A stretch of DNA of 64,000 bases, from positions 1,344,001-1,408,000 of the forward strand of contig OZ244034.1 of the NCBI GenBank assembly GCA_965215185.1, given 5' to 3'. Both the position numbers and the translations under genes were made by a program. How positions within the stretch are numbered: the stretch's first letter is position 1; every line of letters starts with the position of its first letter. Source of the DNA: Acidimicrobiia bacterium. GTDB lineage: Bacteria; Actinomycetota; Acidimicrobiia; Spongiisociales; ZC4RG35. Below are positions 28,422-38,102 of the stretch, piece after piece. Under the pieces are notes generated by a model. It searched no databases, was not told where the DNA came from, and was given only the letters and a program-made list of their open reading frames with translations.

Positions 28422-30156
28422 TGGGGATCTCTCCCAAACGGCGCAGAGCGACTTCCATGATTTCGGAGAACACGGGTGCGGCCGCCGAACCGCCCGTCCG
28501 AGCCTCCGCCCGAGTGGGGCTGTCGATCAACACCAGCACCACCACTTTGGGATCATCGATGGGCGCCATTCCGATGAAGGAGGCAATGTTCAGTTCCTGG
28601 TCGTATCCGTCAAAGCCCACTTTGGAAGAGGTGCCGGTCTTGCCTCCCACCTTGAACCCCCTGACCGCCGCGGCTTGACCGGTACCTTTGCTGACCGTAT
28701 CCGCCATCAAAAAACGCATGATCCGAGCGGTCTCGGGTTGAATCACCCGCCGTTGCGCGATGTCGGTCACCAACTGCATCTCGCCATCCACCCTCATCGC
28801 CTTCACAAGGTGGGGCTGTATCCACACCCCATCGTTGGCCACCGCCCCGAAGGCCGCGGCCATCTGGAGTGGAGTGACCGCCAACGAGTAGCCAATCGCC
28901 GCCGAAGCGAGACAGGTGCTGCAGCTGGGATCGAGGTTGAGCAGACCCTTCGCCTCCCCTGAGAAGTCCACTCCGGTGCGACTGCCCAGACCGAAGGCCT
29001 CTATGTAGTCGGCCAGCACTCCCTTTGCCAACCGTTCCTGCACCATGATGGTTCCCACATTGGAAGAGCGCACAAAGATGTCTGCAACTGTCAGGTCTAT
29101 GGGATCATGGGAGGAAAAGTCCCTATAGCACCCGTAGATGTCGTCATCGGGCTCCTCGCAAGCGTCCGGGACAACCTCGATCGCATAGGGAACCTGGGGA
29201 ATCAGGTCCGAAGCCCTCCATGCTCCCGTGTCCAACGCAGCCGAGATGGTCACAACCTTTTGGGTGGAACCCGGCTCGTATAGACCGCGGATGGCGAAGT
29301 TGGAGAAAGCCGATCCGTCTTCGGATTCTCTGGACTCAGGATCGAAACTGGGCACCCCTCCCAACGCCAAAATCTCGCCGGTCTCCACGCTCAGCGCCAC
29401 CGCCCAACACTGCTCTGCCCCGGTGCGGGCCACCCCCGACCGACAGGCTTCCATCAGGCCGTACTGCAACAACAGATCCAACGTGGTGACGAGATCAAAA
29501 CCGCGGACCGATTCGGTTATGTCCCTCAGTCCGGTTGGAATCTGGCGGCCTTTCACATCCTGTTCTATCACCGCCCTCCCAGGCCGTCCGGCCAGTTCCT
29601 CCTGGTAGCGATACTCCAAACCCTCGATGCCCACCCCATCGACATTGACCATGCCCAACACATGGGAAGCCACAGAAGACGGATAGATACGTTTGGACTC
29701 GGGCTCACTGTAGACACCCGCAAAGCCCAAGTTCATGATCTCTTCGACCACATCCACTTCCAACTGGCGCTTGATATAGACGAAGTCCTGCCCCGACTGC
29801 AGTGCTTCGACCAGTTGATTGACATCCGCTCCCACCCGCGCTCCCACCTGCTGGGCGATCAACACCGGATCCTCTATCTCGGAAGGTACAGCAAAGAGGC
29901 TGGCGCCCAACACCGTCAGTGCCAGCGCCTCCCCATTGCGGTCGAATATCTCTCCCCGCTCGGGTAAGACCTCTCGAATGGAGATGCGCTGCTTCAGCCC
30001 GCGTTCAGCCAATGCATCATCGTCCACCACTTGAACGGTGTACATCTTGAACCCCATCACCACCCAGGCCATCACCAACACTCCACTGATGAGAGCCAGC
30101 CTTTTTGCTACCGAACGCGGTGCGGGGGCAGGTGTGGGTACAGGCGAATTCTCCAC
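28405..30156 (-). CDS. ftsI: class B penicillin-binding protein FtsI
   Basis: RGEIFDRNG; SxxK (STQK), SxN (SSN), KTGT; no PASTA domain. Confidence 0.95.
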   Translation of the reverse strand: MENSPVPTPAPAPRSVAKRLALISGVLVMAWVVMGFKMYTVQVVDDDALAERGLKQRISIREVLPERGEIFDRNGEALALTVLGASLFAVPSEIEDPVLIAQQVGARVGADVNQLVEALQSGQDFVYIKRQLEVDVVEEIMNLGFAGVYSEPESKRIYPSSVASHVLGMVNVDGVGIEGLEYRYQEELAGRPGRAVIEQDVKGRQIPTGLRDITESVRGFDLVTTLDLLLQYGLMEACRSGVARTGAEQCWAVALSVETGEILALGGVPSFDPESRESEDGSAFSNFAIRGLYEPGSTQKVVTISAALDTGAWRASDLIPQVPYAIEVVPDACEEPDDDIYGCYRDFSSHDPIDLTVADIFVRSSNVGTIMVQERLAKGVLADYIEAFGLGSRTGVDFSGEAKGLLNLDPSCSTCLASAAIGYSLAVTPLQMAAAFGAVANDGVWIQPHLVKAMRVDGEMQLVTDIAQRRVIQPETARIMRFLMADTVSKGTGQAAAVRGFKVGGKTGTSSKVGFDGYDQELNIASFIGMAPIDDPKVVVLVLIDSPTRAEARTGGSAAAPVFSEIMEVALRRLGEIPNETSS

Positions 30157-30159
30157 GGA

Positions 30160-30549
30160 TCATCCAGGAAGATCGAAGCCCGGGATTGCAGGGGATACCC
30201 CCGGTACTTGGATGTGCACCACCTCATCGGGGTAGAACAGTCCCAACGGCTCTGCCAGCGAAGCCACCCGGTCGGGGTTCTCCAAGCGAGCCACATCCAG
30301 GCGAAGCAAGCGGTTTTGAACGGTTTCCTGTTCGATTCGCGTCTGGAGTTCGGCCAACTGGAAGGCACCCTCGTCCAACAGAGTGCGACTCCAAACCAAC
30401 CCCAAGAAGGTGGAGACCACCAGGAGCACAAATGCCATGAGCATCATCAACGCCGTAGAACGCCGGCGGATCGAACCGGACCCGGCCGAGATCAGTCGCA
30501 GCGAAAATCGGTTGCCCGCCGGGACGGTAGGTGCATGCCGGGTTGTCAT
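30160..30549 (-). CDS. ftsL: FtsL-like protein
   Basis: One TM plus leucine-zipper coiled coil ending LENPDRV..A..LGL; between rsmH and ftsI. Confidence 0.8.
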   Translation of the reverse strand: MTTRHAPTVPAGNRFSLRLISAGSGSIRRRSTALMMLMAFVLLVVSTFLGLVWSRTLLDEGAFQLAELQTRIEQETVQNRLLRLDVARLENPDRVASLAEPLGLFYPDEVVHIQVPGVSPAIPGFDLPG

Positions 30550-31463
30550 GAGGCGAGCTTCTCGACCGCCCGCAGCCGAGCCGAGCGCGCCCGGTTGTTC
30601 TGCCTGATCTCATCAGAAGTGGGGCGGTCGGCTCCCCTCGACAACACCCTCAACTTCGCCGTGCGGCCACAACCGCACAGCGGCAGGCCGGGTGGGCAGA
30701 CGCAACCTGATGCGCCTTGGGCGAATCGCTGCTTGACAAGACGATCTTCCAGAGAGTGATACGAGATGGCAACGCATCGCCCTCCCTCATCCAGTCGCCC
30801 CAACGCGGCGTCCAGCCCGGTCTCCACCGCCTCCAACTCCTCATTGACCACCATCCGGATGGCCTGGAAGGTTCGCCGGGCGGGATGCTTTTTCCGACGG
30901 AGAGCGGCGGGAACTGCCCCGGCGATCACCTGAGCAAGTGCGGAGGTGTCGCGCAGCGGACGGTTGGCGACAATCGCCCGGGCAATCCGACCCGCGGAAG
31001 GATCCTCCCCGTAGTCCTTGATGGCGCGGGCCAAACGCGGCTGATCCCAGGTGTTGACCACCTCAGCCGCCATCACCGCTGAACGCGGATCCATTCTCAT
31101 GTCCAGAGGTCCGCTCCGGTGATAGGAAAACCCTCGCATCGGATCATCCAGTTGATCCGATGACAAACCGAAATCAAACAGAACCCCGCTCACCCGATCC
31201 ACACCCGCCTGGTCGAGAAGTAGGTCCAAGTCGGCAAAGTTGCCCGATATGAAGTCGAACCCGAGAGCGACGGCTCGCTGGCCAACCACCGGGTCCCGGT
31301 CAATCCCCATGATTTTTACTTGAGATCCGATCACCTTCCGCAATCGCAAACTGTGACCGCCTCCGCCAAAAGTGGCATCCACCAACGTTCCTTCTCCAAT
31401 GGGCTTGAAAAGTTCGCACACACGGTCGGCCATGACCGGCTCGTGTCTGACACTATGGCTCAT
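30546..31463 (-). CDS. rsmH: 16S rRNA m4C1402 methyltransferase
   Basis: HEPVM, DATFGGGGHS, RGFSY, PLDMRMD, SYHSLEDR, RARSARLR. Confidence 0.97.
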   Translation of the reverse strand: MSHSVRHEPVMADRVCELFKPIGEGTLVDATFGGGGHSLRLRKVIGSQVKIMGIDRDPVVGQRAVALGFDFISGNFADLDLLLDQAGVDRVSGVLFDFGLSSDQLDDPMRGFSYHRSGPLDMRMDPRSAVMAAEVVNTWDQPRLARAIKDYGEDPSAGRIARAIVANRPLRDTSALAQVIAGAVPAALRRKKHPARRTFQAIRMVVNEELEAVETGLDAALGRLDEGGRCVAISYHSLEDRLVKQRFAQGASGCVCPPGLPLCGCGRTAKLRVLSRGADRPTSDEIRQNNRARSARLRAVEKLAS

Positions 31464-31549
31464 AGCCGGCCCCCCGAAGATCGGCGCCTAATGGAAGCGG
31501 GCGGATTGGGGCCTTCTTTAGCTCCAGGGAGCCGGCTATGAGCCATAGT
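31452..31549 (-). ncRNA. mraW-motif-like cis-regulatory hairpin in mraZ-rsmH intergenic region
   Basis: Perfect 19-bp inverted repeat (31452-70 / 31531-49), extending to 28 bp with G-U pairs on the mRNA strand; inner stem with CUUCC loop; position typical of the actinobacterial mraW RNA motif. Confidence 0.7.
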
Positions 31550-31584
31550 TGTTCGGTCCGTCATTCATTCCAGGCTGTAAGGCG

Positions 31585-32010
31585 TCACATCTCCTCGCTA
31601 ACGGCGGCGGGGCTTCCCACCTCTTCCAGTTGGCTCTGGAATGCAGGGTCGCTCCAGATTTCGATCTCGTCATCCACTCCCACTACCACCACTTCTCCCC
31701 CACACTCGATCCTGGCGTGTTCCCGTAGCTCGGCGGTGATCATGAGACGCCCCTGACCATCCATGGACTGCTGGATGGCCGCCCCGAAGAACATCAACCG
31801 CCGAAACCTTCTCCCCGTGGAAGTCTCACGGCTATAGGTGGAGCGCACTTCCATGGCCCGCTGGTTCCAGCCATTCTGGGAGTAAATCACCAGATGGCCG
31901 TCTTGTCCCTTGGTGATCACACAGGACGGCATCAACTCACCACGGAAAGGCTTAGGCAACAGCAGTCGGCCTTTCTCGTCGATCGTGCGTTTGGTCGTTC
32001 CTAGAAACAT
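31585..32010 (-). CDS. mraZ: division/cell wall cluster repressor MraZ
   Basis: MFLG, two DxxGR motifs (DEKGR, DGQGR), VGV..IEIW. Confidence 0.95.
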   Translation of the reverse strand: MFLGTTKRTIDEKGRLLLPKPFRGELMPSCVITKGQDGHLVIYSQNGWNQRAMEVRSTYSRETSTGRRFRRLMFFGAAIQQSMDGQGRLMITAELREHARIECGGEVVVVGVDDEIEIWSDPAFQSQLEEVGSPAAVSEEM

Positions 32011-32062
32011 CGGGCCTCAGGTTTATTGGGTGGCGGACAGTTTCACCTATCTTAGGATGAAT

Positions 32063-32382
32063 CTCCATTATATACCACTCATCTCTATTTTATACATATT
32101 TTTCTCCACTTTATCCCACCTACATCCAACAGATCGGTCTTTGCCAGCAAGCCGGGAGCGGTCACCTCCCACGTGAGACCACCACCCATTAACTCCCCTG
32201 CCCTCCACCCGACTCCCCCAAGCGACCCGGATCAGACGCGAACCCTGTGCGCAAGCCACATTTTCCCCTCCCAGGTGGGGAAACGTCGCTCTACCCAGCC
32301 CTTCATTTTCGGGAAACAGCGACTAACCCGCGAAATTGCCCAATCCCCCCTTCTCCCCACTAGGGCCCACCCCCGCCTCCAC
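32063..32382 (-). promoter_or_regulatory. MraZ-binding-type direct repeats, three arrays with ~10-bp period
   Basis: Minus-strand GTGGAG/GTGGGA/GGGGAG-like hexamers at 32063-32130, 32183-32218 and 32345-32382. Confidence 0.65.
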
Positions 32383-32563
32383 CTTGCCATCGGTCAAAGC
32401 ACGCTCCGCCAGTCCCCTGAGGGGTGCCTTTTGAGAATATGATCCCTCCGCACGGCGCACGACGCGTCAGAGCAGACCGCAAAGGTTATTCGACTCTTTC
32501 ACTCGATAAAGGTCGACCCCTACCCCAGTGAAATTGCGCCATTCTCGGACCTTCTTGCTCTTT

Positions 32564-32587
32564 GGGCGGGTCTCCACCCGCCTTTTT
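32564..32587 (+). terminator. intrinsic terminator, plus-strand polarity
   Basis: GGCGGGT-CTCC-ACCCGCC stem followed by TTTTT. Confidence 0.65.
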
Positions 32588-32597
32588 GGCGCAGAAT

Positions 32598-33113
32598 CTA
32601 TGCGGAGTCGGCCAACAGGTAAGGCTGCCAGGTGGGATCCACCCGATATCCGGAACTGGTGTAGACCCACCCGAATCGCAGAGGAGACCGAGGAGACCTA
32701 TGCAACGCGAGCCCCACTTCGTTGAGAAGGTGGTTTCCCTTCTTTATGTTGCAACGACGGCAACAAGCCACCACATTGTCCCAACTGTGAGGTCCCCCGC
32801 GGGACCGGGGCACCACGTGATCAAGACTCTCGGCGGCCGCCCCGCAGTACTGGCACGCGTAGCCGTCACGTCCGAACACCGCCCGGCGGGTCAGAGGAAC
32901 CGTGCGGCGGAACGGTACTTTCACAAAGTAATTCAGTCGTACCACCGAGGGCACCACAAAGGTCCGCTCAGCCGAGCGCCAAGTCTCCTCCCGGCCTTCC
33001 ACCACCGTCGCCCTGCCCCTCCACACCAGCACCAGGGCACGTCGGGAACTGACCACCGAGAGGGGCTCATAGGTCGCGTTGAGGACTAAGGCTTTGGTCA
33101 TCATCTGTGCCAC
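32598..33113 (-). CDS. HNH endonuclease (McrA-like, common actinobacterial family)
   Basis: LVLNATYEPL, RD..CQYCG, DHVVPRSRGG, WDNVVACC..CN..KG. Confidence 0.92.
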   Translation of the reverse strand: MAQMMTKALVLNATYEPLSVVSSRRALVLVWRGRATVVEGREETWRSAERTFVVPSVVRLNYFVKVPFRRTVPLTRRAVFGRDGYACQYCGAAAESLDHVVPRSRGGPHSWDNVVACCRRCNIKKGNHLLNEVGLALHRSPRSPLRFGWVYTSSGYRVDPTWQPYLLADSA

Positions 33114-33189
33114 CCGTTGTCAGACTAGACGGCAGCACCCCCTTTGGGGGTGTCAATTATGCAGACGGAGACAGGAAGAGCAGCGTTGG

Positions 33190-33702
33190 TCAGCCTCCCG
33201 CCGCCCAAAATGGATTATCCCGAAAATCCTCATACACCCGATTGAGCGTTCTGCGGAATATCGCACGGTTGAACTCGAAGTGAGAGTGGTCGTCCTCCAC
33301 CTTGTCCGTCACTTCACCCAACACCTCGATGAACACGAATTGCCCGTTCGTCAGCGCGTCCATGACCGCCCTGCTTTCGGGATGGGGAGCCAAAATGGTG
33401 GTTCCGAAAGCGTCGAGGAATAGCCCTGCCTGGGAAATGTGTTGATCCAAATCACCCACGCGGCGCAGGTACTTCCAGGCCCGCTGGATTCTCTGCAGCG
33501 ACATGCCGTTGTCAATCAGGCTCTTGATCACCCGAAGAGCCACCAAGTCCCGAAGATTGTAGATCCTGCGTACGCCCGGCGTACCCCTGGTGCCCTTGAT
33601 GGAAGGCCTGACCAAACCAATCCGGTCCCAATACCGCAACTGATTGTAGCTACAGCCTGTGAATCGCATCGCCTCGGTCGACGTAAAGCCTTCTTCCGGC
33701 AT
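33190..33702 (-). CDS. MerR-family regulator, Rv1830/McdR-like
   Basis: GFTSTEAMRFTGCSYNQLRYWDRIGLVRPSI..G..RRIY..RDLV.LRVIK.LID.GMSLQRI; ATG 33702. Confidence 0.85.
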   Translation of the reverse strand: MPEEGFTSTEAMRFTGCSYNQLRYWDRIGLVRPSIKGTRGTPGVRRIYNLRDLVALRVIKSLIDNGMSLQRIQRAWKYLRRVGDLDQHISQAGLFLDAFGTTILAPHPESRAVMDALTNGQFVFIEVLGEVTDKVEDDHSHFEFNRAIFRRTLNRVYEDFRDNPFWAAGG

Positions 33703-33736
33703 ATTTTCCTTTTGCACCTCTCCGGTTTCGGCCCGC

Positions 33737-34066
33737 TCAGCGAGGCCAGGAACCAAACCCGTTTGCCCTTGTGTCGCTCCCCCCTTGGACACCCTTCTTG
33801 TGAAGCTTCGTTCGAACCCGCAGGCCCTGCACCAAGAAGGTGGCAGCAACCACCATGATCACAAAACCCGCAAGCGCGATCAACAACCGGGAGGTGAAAA
33901 AGATCAGCACCACCAACATTCCCGCAGCCAGGAGACCTGTGGGCACTACCAAGGAGGCTTTGCTCAAATAGAGCAGCCTCTCCTCGGTGTCTGAAACAAC
34001 TTCCTCTTCGTAGAAGTGGCTTTCGATCTCTTCAAGGATCCGTTGTTCTTCTTCGTTCAGAGGCAC
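33737..34066 (-). CDS. DUF3040 domain membrane protein
   Basis: MPLNEEEQRILEEIE plus two TM helices; usual neighbour of dinB/mraZ; GGAGG RBS and TATACT (34105-10) upstream. Confidence 0.85.
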   Translation of the reverse strand: MPLNEEEQRILEEIESHFYEEEVVSDTEERLLYLSKASLVVPTGLLAAGMLVVLIFFTSRLLIALAGFVIMVVAATFLVQGLRVRTKLHKKGVQGGSDTRANGFGSWPR

Positions 34067-34145
34067 GTCAGCCTAGTCCTCCAGAATTCCGCTTCCGACC
34101 TATCAGTATATGGGCATTCGCCCGAAAGCTAAGCTGTGTTGACGT

Positions 34146-35330
34146 TTACTTTTCTTTAGTAGGGCGGCTGATTCGAGCCGGCATGACCGCCTCGAAGCCG
34201 AACCGGCGACGCAGCCGAAAGACCTCATCCTCCAAACATTCCCATCGTTTATCGCCGTCCAGATCCAATTGGGGCAACGCTTCTCCATGGCTCAAACCTC
34301 CAACCGCGATTCCCAAGAGCCGTACCGCCCTTCCCTCCAATCCGGCCCTGTCGAGCAATTCCGTCACTTGCCGATAGATATCAATCGCCAACCGGGTGGG
34401 TGTCCTCCGGGTGTGGGATCTGGTAATAGTGGCGAAATCACTAAACCTCACCTTGAGAGTTATAGTGGAAGCCCAGGCTTGAGACTGCTGTAGCCGACTT
34501 GCCAGCCGCTCAGCCTGTCCTCTGAGTTTGCCTTCTATCTCAGGTCGACTGTGAAGATCGTGTTCAAACGTATTCTCCACCGAAAGCGACACCCCCACCG
34601 GGTCGGTAACGATGGGACGCTCGTCAATTCCTGCGGCCAGTTTGCTCAAATGCTGCGCCGCCGCACTTCCCACCACCGGACGAAGATGCTCCACCGGAAT
34701 GGCCGCCAAGTCCCCGATCGTGCGGATCCCTAGTCCATGAAGCCGCCGGGCGGTCGCCTCCCCCACTCCCCACAACCTTCGAACCGAAAGGCTGTGAAGA
34801 AAATTCAGGCTCTTGTCGGAGGGAATGAGCAGCAGCCCATCCGGCTTGGCGTCCTGGGAAGCCAGTTTGGCCAGAGTCTTGTTGGCCGCGATCCCCACCG
34901 AAGCAGGCAGCCCCAGCCGGTCATGGACTTCCTTCCTCAACGCCTGCCCCACCTCTGTCACCTCCCGATAGTGATGCCGAAGGCCGGAAACGTCCAAGAA
35001 CGCCTCGTCCACCGACAGCTTCTCCACCCAAGGGGTGAAAGACGAACAAACGGCGAACATCTCTTCGGAGACCTGCCCGTAAAGAGCATGATCAGAAGAA
35101 ACCACCACCAACTGGGGACAGAGCTTGAGAGCTTGCAGGACGGGCATCGCCGAGTGCACCCCCAAGCGTCTAGCCTCATAAGAAGCGGAAGCCACCACAC
35201 CCCGCCGCCCGCTTCCACCCACCGCCACAGCCCTCCTCCGCAGTTCTGGTCGGCGTCGTCGCTCGACCTCCACGAAGAAAGCATCCATATCCACATGAAT
35301 AATGGGTTCCCAAAATCTCGGAGCGCTCAT
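34146..35330 (-). CDS. dinB: DNA polymerase IV
   Basis: HVDMDAFF, ASYEAR, SVDEAFLD, AKLAS..KPDG, LWGVG. Confidence 0.96.
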   Translation of the reverse strand: MSAPRFWEPIIHVDMDAFFVEVERRRRPELRRRAVAVGGSGRRGVVASASYEARRLGVHSAMPVLQALKLCPQLVVVSSDHALYGQVSEEMFAVCSSFTPWVEKLSVDEAFLDVSGLRHHYREVTEVGQALRKEVHDRLGLPASVGIAANKTLAKLASQDAKPDGLLLIPSDKSLNFLHSLSVRRLWGVGEATARRLHGLGIRTIGDLAAIPVEHLRPVVGSAAAQHLSKLAAGIDERPIVTDPVGVSLSVENTFEHDLHSRPEIEGKLRGQAERLASRLQQSQAWASTITLKVRFSDFATITRSHTRRTPTRLAIDIYRQVTELLDRAGLEGRAVRLLGIAVGGLSHGEALPQLDLDGDKRWECLEDEVFRLRRRFGFEAVMPARISRPTKEK

Positions 35331-35364
35331 ATTCATTCACAGTACCTATAAGCTGAGGCGGGAA

Positions 35365-35967
35365 ATGGCGGATTTGATCCATTTGGTACGGCACGGAGAA
35401 GTTTACAATCCGCAGCACTTGGTGTACGCCTCACTGCCGGGGTTTCATCTGAGCCCCCTCGGTGTCCGGCAAACCCGAGAGGCTGGACGCTATCTGGCCA
35501 GCCGGCCCCTTCGAGCCGTGTGGTCGTCCCCTTTGCAAAGAGCCAGGGAGACTGCAATAAACCTGGCCGCCCCTCACCAATTAGAGGTGAAAGTTCTCTC
35601 CGATCTGGTGGAATGGAAGCTACTTGATCGGTGGGCCGGCCTTAGGTGGGAACACATACCCAAGCAGTTCCCCGGTGAGGTGGAAGCCTATTTGCAGCAC
35701 CCCTCCGATCTCGTTTTCGCTTCAGAAACCCTCTCGCAGCTGGCGCAGAGGATTGCCCAAGCGGTTGAGAAGGTGGCAGCCACCTCCCCCGCGGGGGAGG
35801 TGGCGGTGGTCGGACACCAGGACCCTATTCAGGCCGGACGGCTCGCCCTAACCGGACAACCTCTCGACCGGTTGTTCCAAGATCGCCCCCAGCACTGCTC
35901 GGTTATAACCCTGCAACCGGGGAATTCCTGGACAGAGGTCAAAAAGTGGGATCCTCCTAACCGATAA
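35365..35967 (+). CDS. histidine phosphatase family protein
   Basis: [23 protein letters not shown]; ATG 35365. Confidence 0.9.
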   Translation: MADLIHLVRHGEVYNPQHLVYASLPGFHLSPLGVRQTREAGRYLASRPLRAVWSSPLQRARETAINLAAPHQLEVKVLSDLVEWKLLDRWAGLRWEHIPKQFPGEVEAYLQHPSDLVFASETLSQLAQRIAQAVEKVAATSPAGEVAVVGHQDPIQAGRLALTGQPLDRLFQDRPQHCSVITLQPGNSWTEVKKWDPPNR

Positions 35968-38020
35968 AGGCATCGGCAAAGATCAAGGAAACGATGGTCA
36001 TCACCTTGATCACGATGTTCATGGCCGGCCCCGAAGTGTCCTTGAATGGATCACCCACCGTGTCGCCGATTACCGCCGCCTTATGGGCATCGGAACCCTT
36101 TCCACCTCGATTTCCCGCTTCGATGTGCTTTTTGGCATTGTCCCATGCGCCCCCGGCATTGGCCATGTAGATCGCCAGAAGGAACCCGGTCACCAGCGCT
36201 CCCGCCAAGAAGCCCCCCAAAGCGGAGATGTTGATGAAACCGATCAGCAGCGGCAGCGCCACCGCCAGCACTCCGGGGAGAACCATCTCTCGCAGAGCAG
36301 CGTCAGTGGCGATCTCCACACAACGTGCATACTCGGGCCGGGCATCGGGTTTCCCCTCTCTCAGCCCAGGGATCTCCCGAAACTGGCGACGCACTTCTTC
36401 GATCATGGCGAAGGCGGCCCGGCCCACTGATGAAATGGTCAAAGCCGCAAACAAGAACGGGAACATCCCCCCTAAAAACAGCCCGATGATCACTTCCACC
36501 GAGACGATGTTGATCACATCCAAACCCACCGCCTCCGTGAAGGTGGCGAACAGCGCCAACGAGGTGACCGCCGCCGACGCGATAGCGAAACCCTTGGCAA
36601 CCGCCGCGGTGGTATTGCCCAAGGAATCGAGGGCGTCGGTCGCCTCCCGCACCTCGGGAGGAAGATGGGCCATCTCGGCGATCCCCCCGGCGTTGTCGGC
36701 GATGGGACCGTAAGCATCCACAGCGATGGTGATGCCCAGGGTGGCCAGCACTCCGATGGCCGCCACCGCCACCCCATAGATTCCACCATCGGCGCCCAGC
36801 GCCCACTCTCCGGCCGAGAATGCTCCGCCGATTCCCGCGGCCACCACCAGCACCGAGTAAGCAGCCGATTTCTTCCCCACCGCAATTCCGGCCAGCACCA
36901 CCGTGGCCGGACCGGTCTCGGCCTGCTCGGCGATGTGTTTTACCGCCCGATAATGGTCGGAGGTGTATATCTCGGAGATCTTTCCGATCAGATATCCCAC
37001 CGCCAGGCCGATCACCACCGCCACCCATAGACCGAGAGGCTGAACCTCGGAGTTGTCTCCAAAAACCCAATACGAGACACCCAGGATCCCAAGCGCCGCC
37101 AGGATCATCGAGGTGTTGGTCCCCCGGTGAAGCGCCGAAGCCAGATCAGAGGCGCTGCGGGGCTTGACGAAGAAGGAACCGATGATCGAGGCCAACATCC
37201 CCACCGTTCCGACCGCCAGAGGAAAGACGATGGCTCCCAACTGATAGGAGGCGCTGGAAAAGGCCAGGGCTGCGAACGCAATCGGAGCCACCAGGGAGCC
37301 AACATAGGATTCGAAGAGATCAGCGCCCATCCCGGCCACGTCACCAACATTGTCTCCCACGTTGTCGGCGATCACGGCCGGATTCCGGGGATCGTCCTCG
37401 GGAATGCCCGCCTCCACTTTCCCGACCAGGTCGGCGCCGATATCGGCCGCCTTGGTGTAGATTCCTCCACCCACTCGGGCGAACAGCGCAATCGACGACC
37501 CGCCCAGCCCAATCGCCGTCAGTATTTCCACTCCTCTGGTCATCTCCAGCCCCCCTATTTCGACAAACACCAAATAGCCGAGCGCCACCCCGGCCAGACC
37601 CAAACCGGCCACGGTGAAACCCATCACCGCCCCGCCCCGGAAAGCGAGGGGAAGGGCCAGTTGCACACCACCCAACCGGGCCGCTTCGGCGGTGCGGGAG
37701 TTGGCGGCGGTGGCCACTCTCATCCCCACGAATCCGGCTGTTGCCGAAAGCACCGCCCCGAACAGATATGCGACCGCCCGCAACCACCCATCGTCGAGCA
37801 CCAGCCCGATCAGAACAAACATCGTCAACACGAACACCGCCAGCCACCGATACTCTCGCCGCAAGAACGCCATCGATCCCTCCCGAATGGCGTCGGCGAT
37901 CTCTTTCATCCGATCATTCCCCATCGGAGCGGCCAACACCTGACGGGTGAACCACACCGCCAACACCAACGCTGCCAAGCCCAAAACCAGGGCGGCGATC
38001 AAAAAGAATGACTGATCCAT
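35957..38020 (-). CDS. hppA: membrane-bound pyrophosphatase, K+-dependent, probably Na+-translocating
   Basis: [46 protein letters not shown] (Ala = K+-dependent), [10 protein letters not shown]. Confidence 0.95.
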   Translation of the reverse strand: MDQSFFLIAALVLGLAALVLAVWFTRQVLAAPMGNDRMKEIADAIREGSMAFLRREYRWLAVFVLTMFVLIGLVLDDGWLRAVAYLFGAVLSATAGFVGMRVATAANSRTAEAARLGGVQLALPLAFRGGAVMGFTVAGLGLAGVALGYLVFVEIGGLEMTRGVEILTAIGLGGSSIALFARVGGGIYTKAADIGADLVGKVEAGIPEDDPRNPAVIADNVGDNVGDVAGMGADLFESYVGSLVAPIAFAALAFSSASYQLGAIVFPLAVGTVGMLASIIGSFFVKPRSASDLASALHRGTNTSMILAALGILGVSYWVFGDNSEVQPLGLWVAVVIGLAVGYLIGKISEIYTSDHYRAVKHIAEQAETGPATVVLAGIAVGKKSAAYSVLVVAAGIGGAFSAGEWALGADGGIYGVAVAAIGVLATLGITIAVDAYGPIADNAGGIAEMAHLPPEVREATDALDSLGNTTAAVAKGFAIASAAVTSLALFATFTEAVGLDVINIVSVEVIIGLFLGGMFPFLFAALTISSVGRAAFAMIEEVRRQFREIPGLREGKPDARPEYARCVEIATDAALREMVLPGVLAVALPLLIGFINISALGGFLAGALVTGFLLAIYMANAGGAWDNAKKHIEAGNRGGKGSDAHKAAVIGDTVGDPFKDTSGPAMNIVIKVMTIVSLIFADAFIG

Positions 38021-38074
38021 AGGGGGAATACCTCTCCTCGGAGAATCGACGGACTGCTTTGCGTGCCATCCGCC

Positions 38075-38102
38075 AGTTTAGGAAAACGAATCGCCCCTAC
38101 AA
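38075..38102 (-). promoter_or_regulatory. putative hppA promoter
   Basis: Minus TTGTAG-16 nt-TAAACT, followed by a short 5' UTR hairpin. Confidence 0.45.

Noticed and set aside
32450-32520. GCAAA-containing hairpin as a c-di-GMP-I riboswitch
   Set aside because: Lacks the recognisable two-stem consensus and has no downstream plus-strand gene; kept only as an sRNA candidate
32598-33113. HNH gene as a homing endonuclease, IscB or defence nuclease
   Set aside because: Matches the widespread stand-alone LVLNATYEPL HNH family; no RuvC motifs, methylase or intron context
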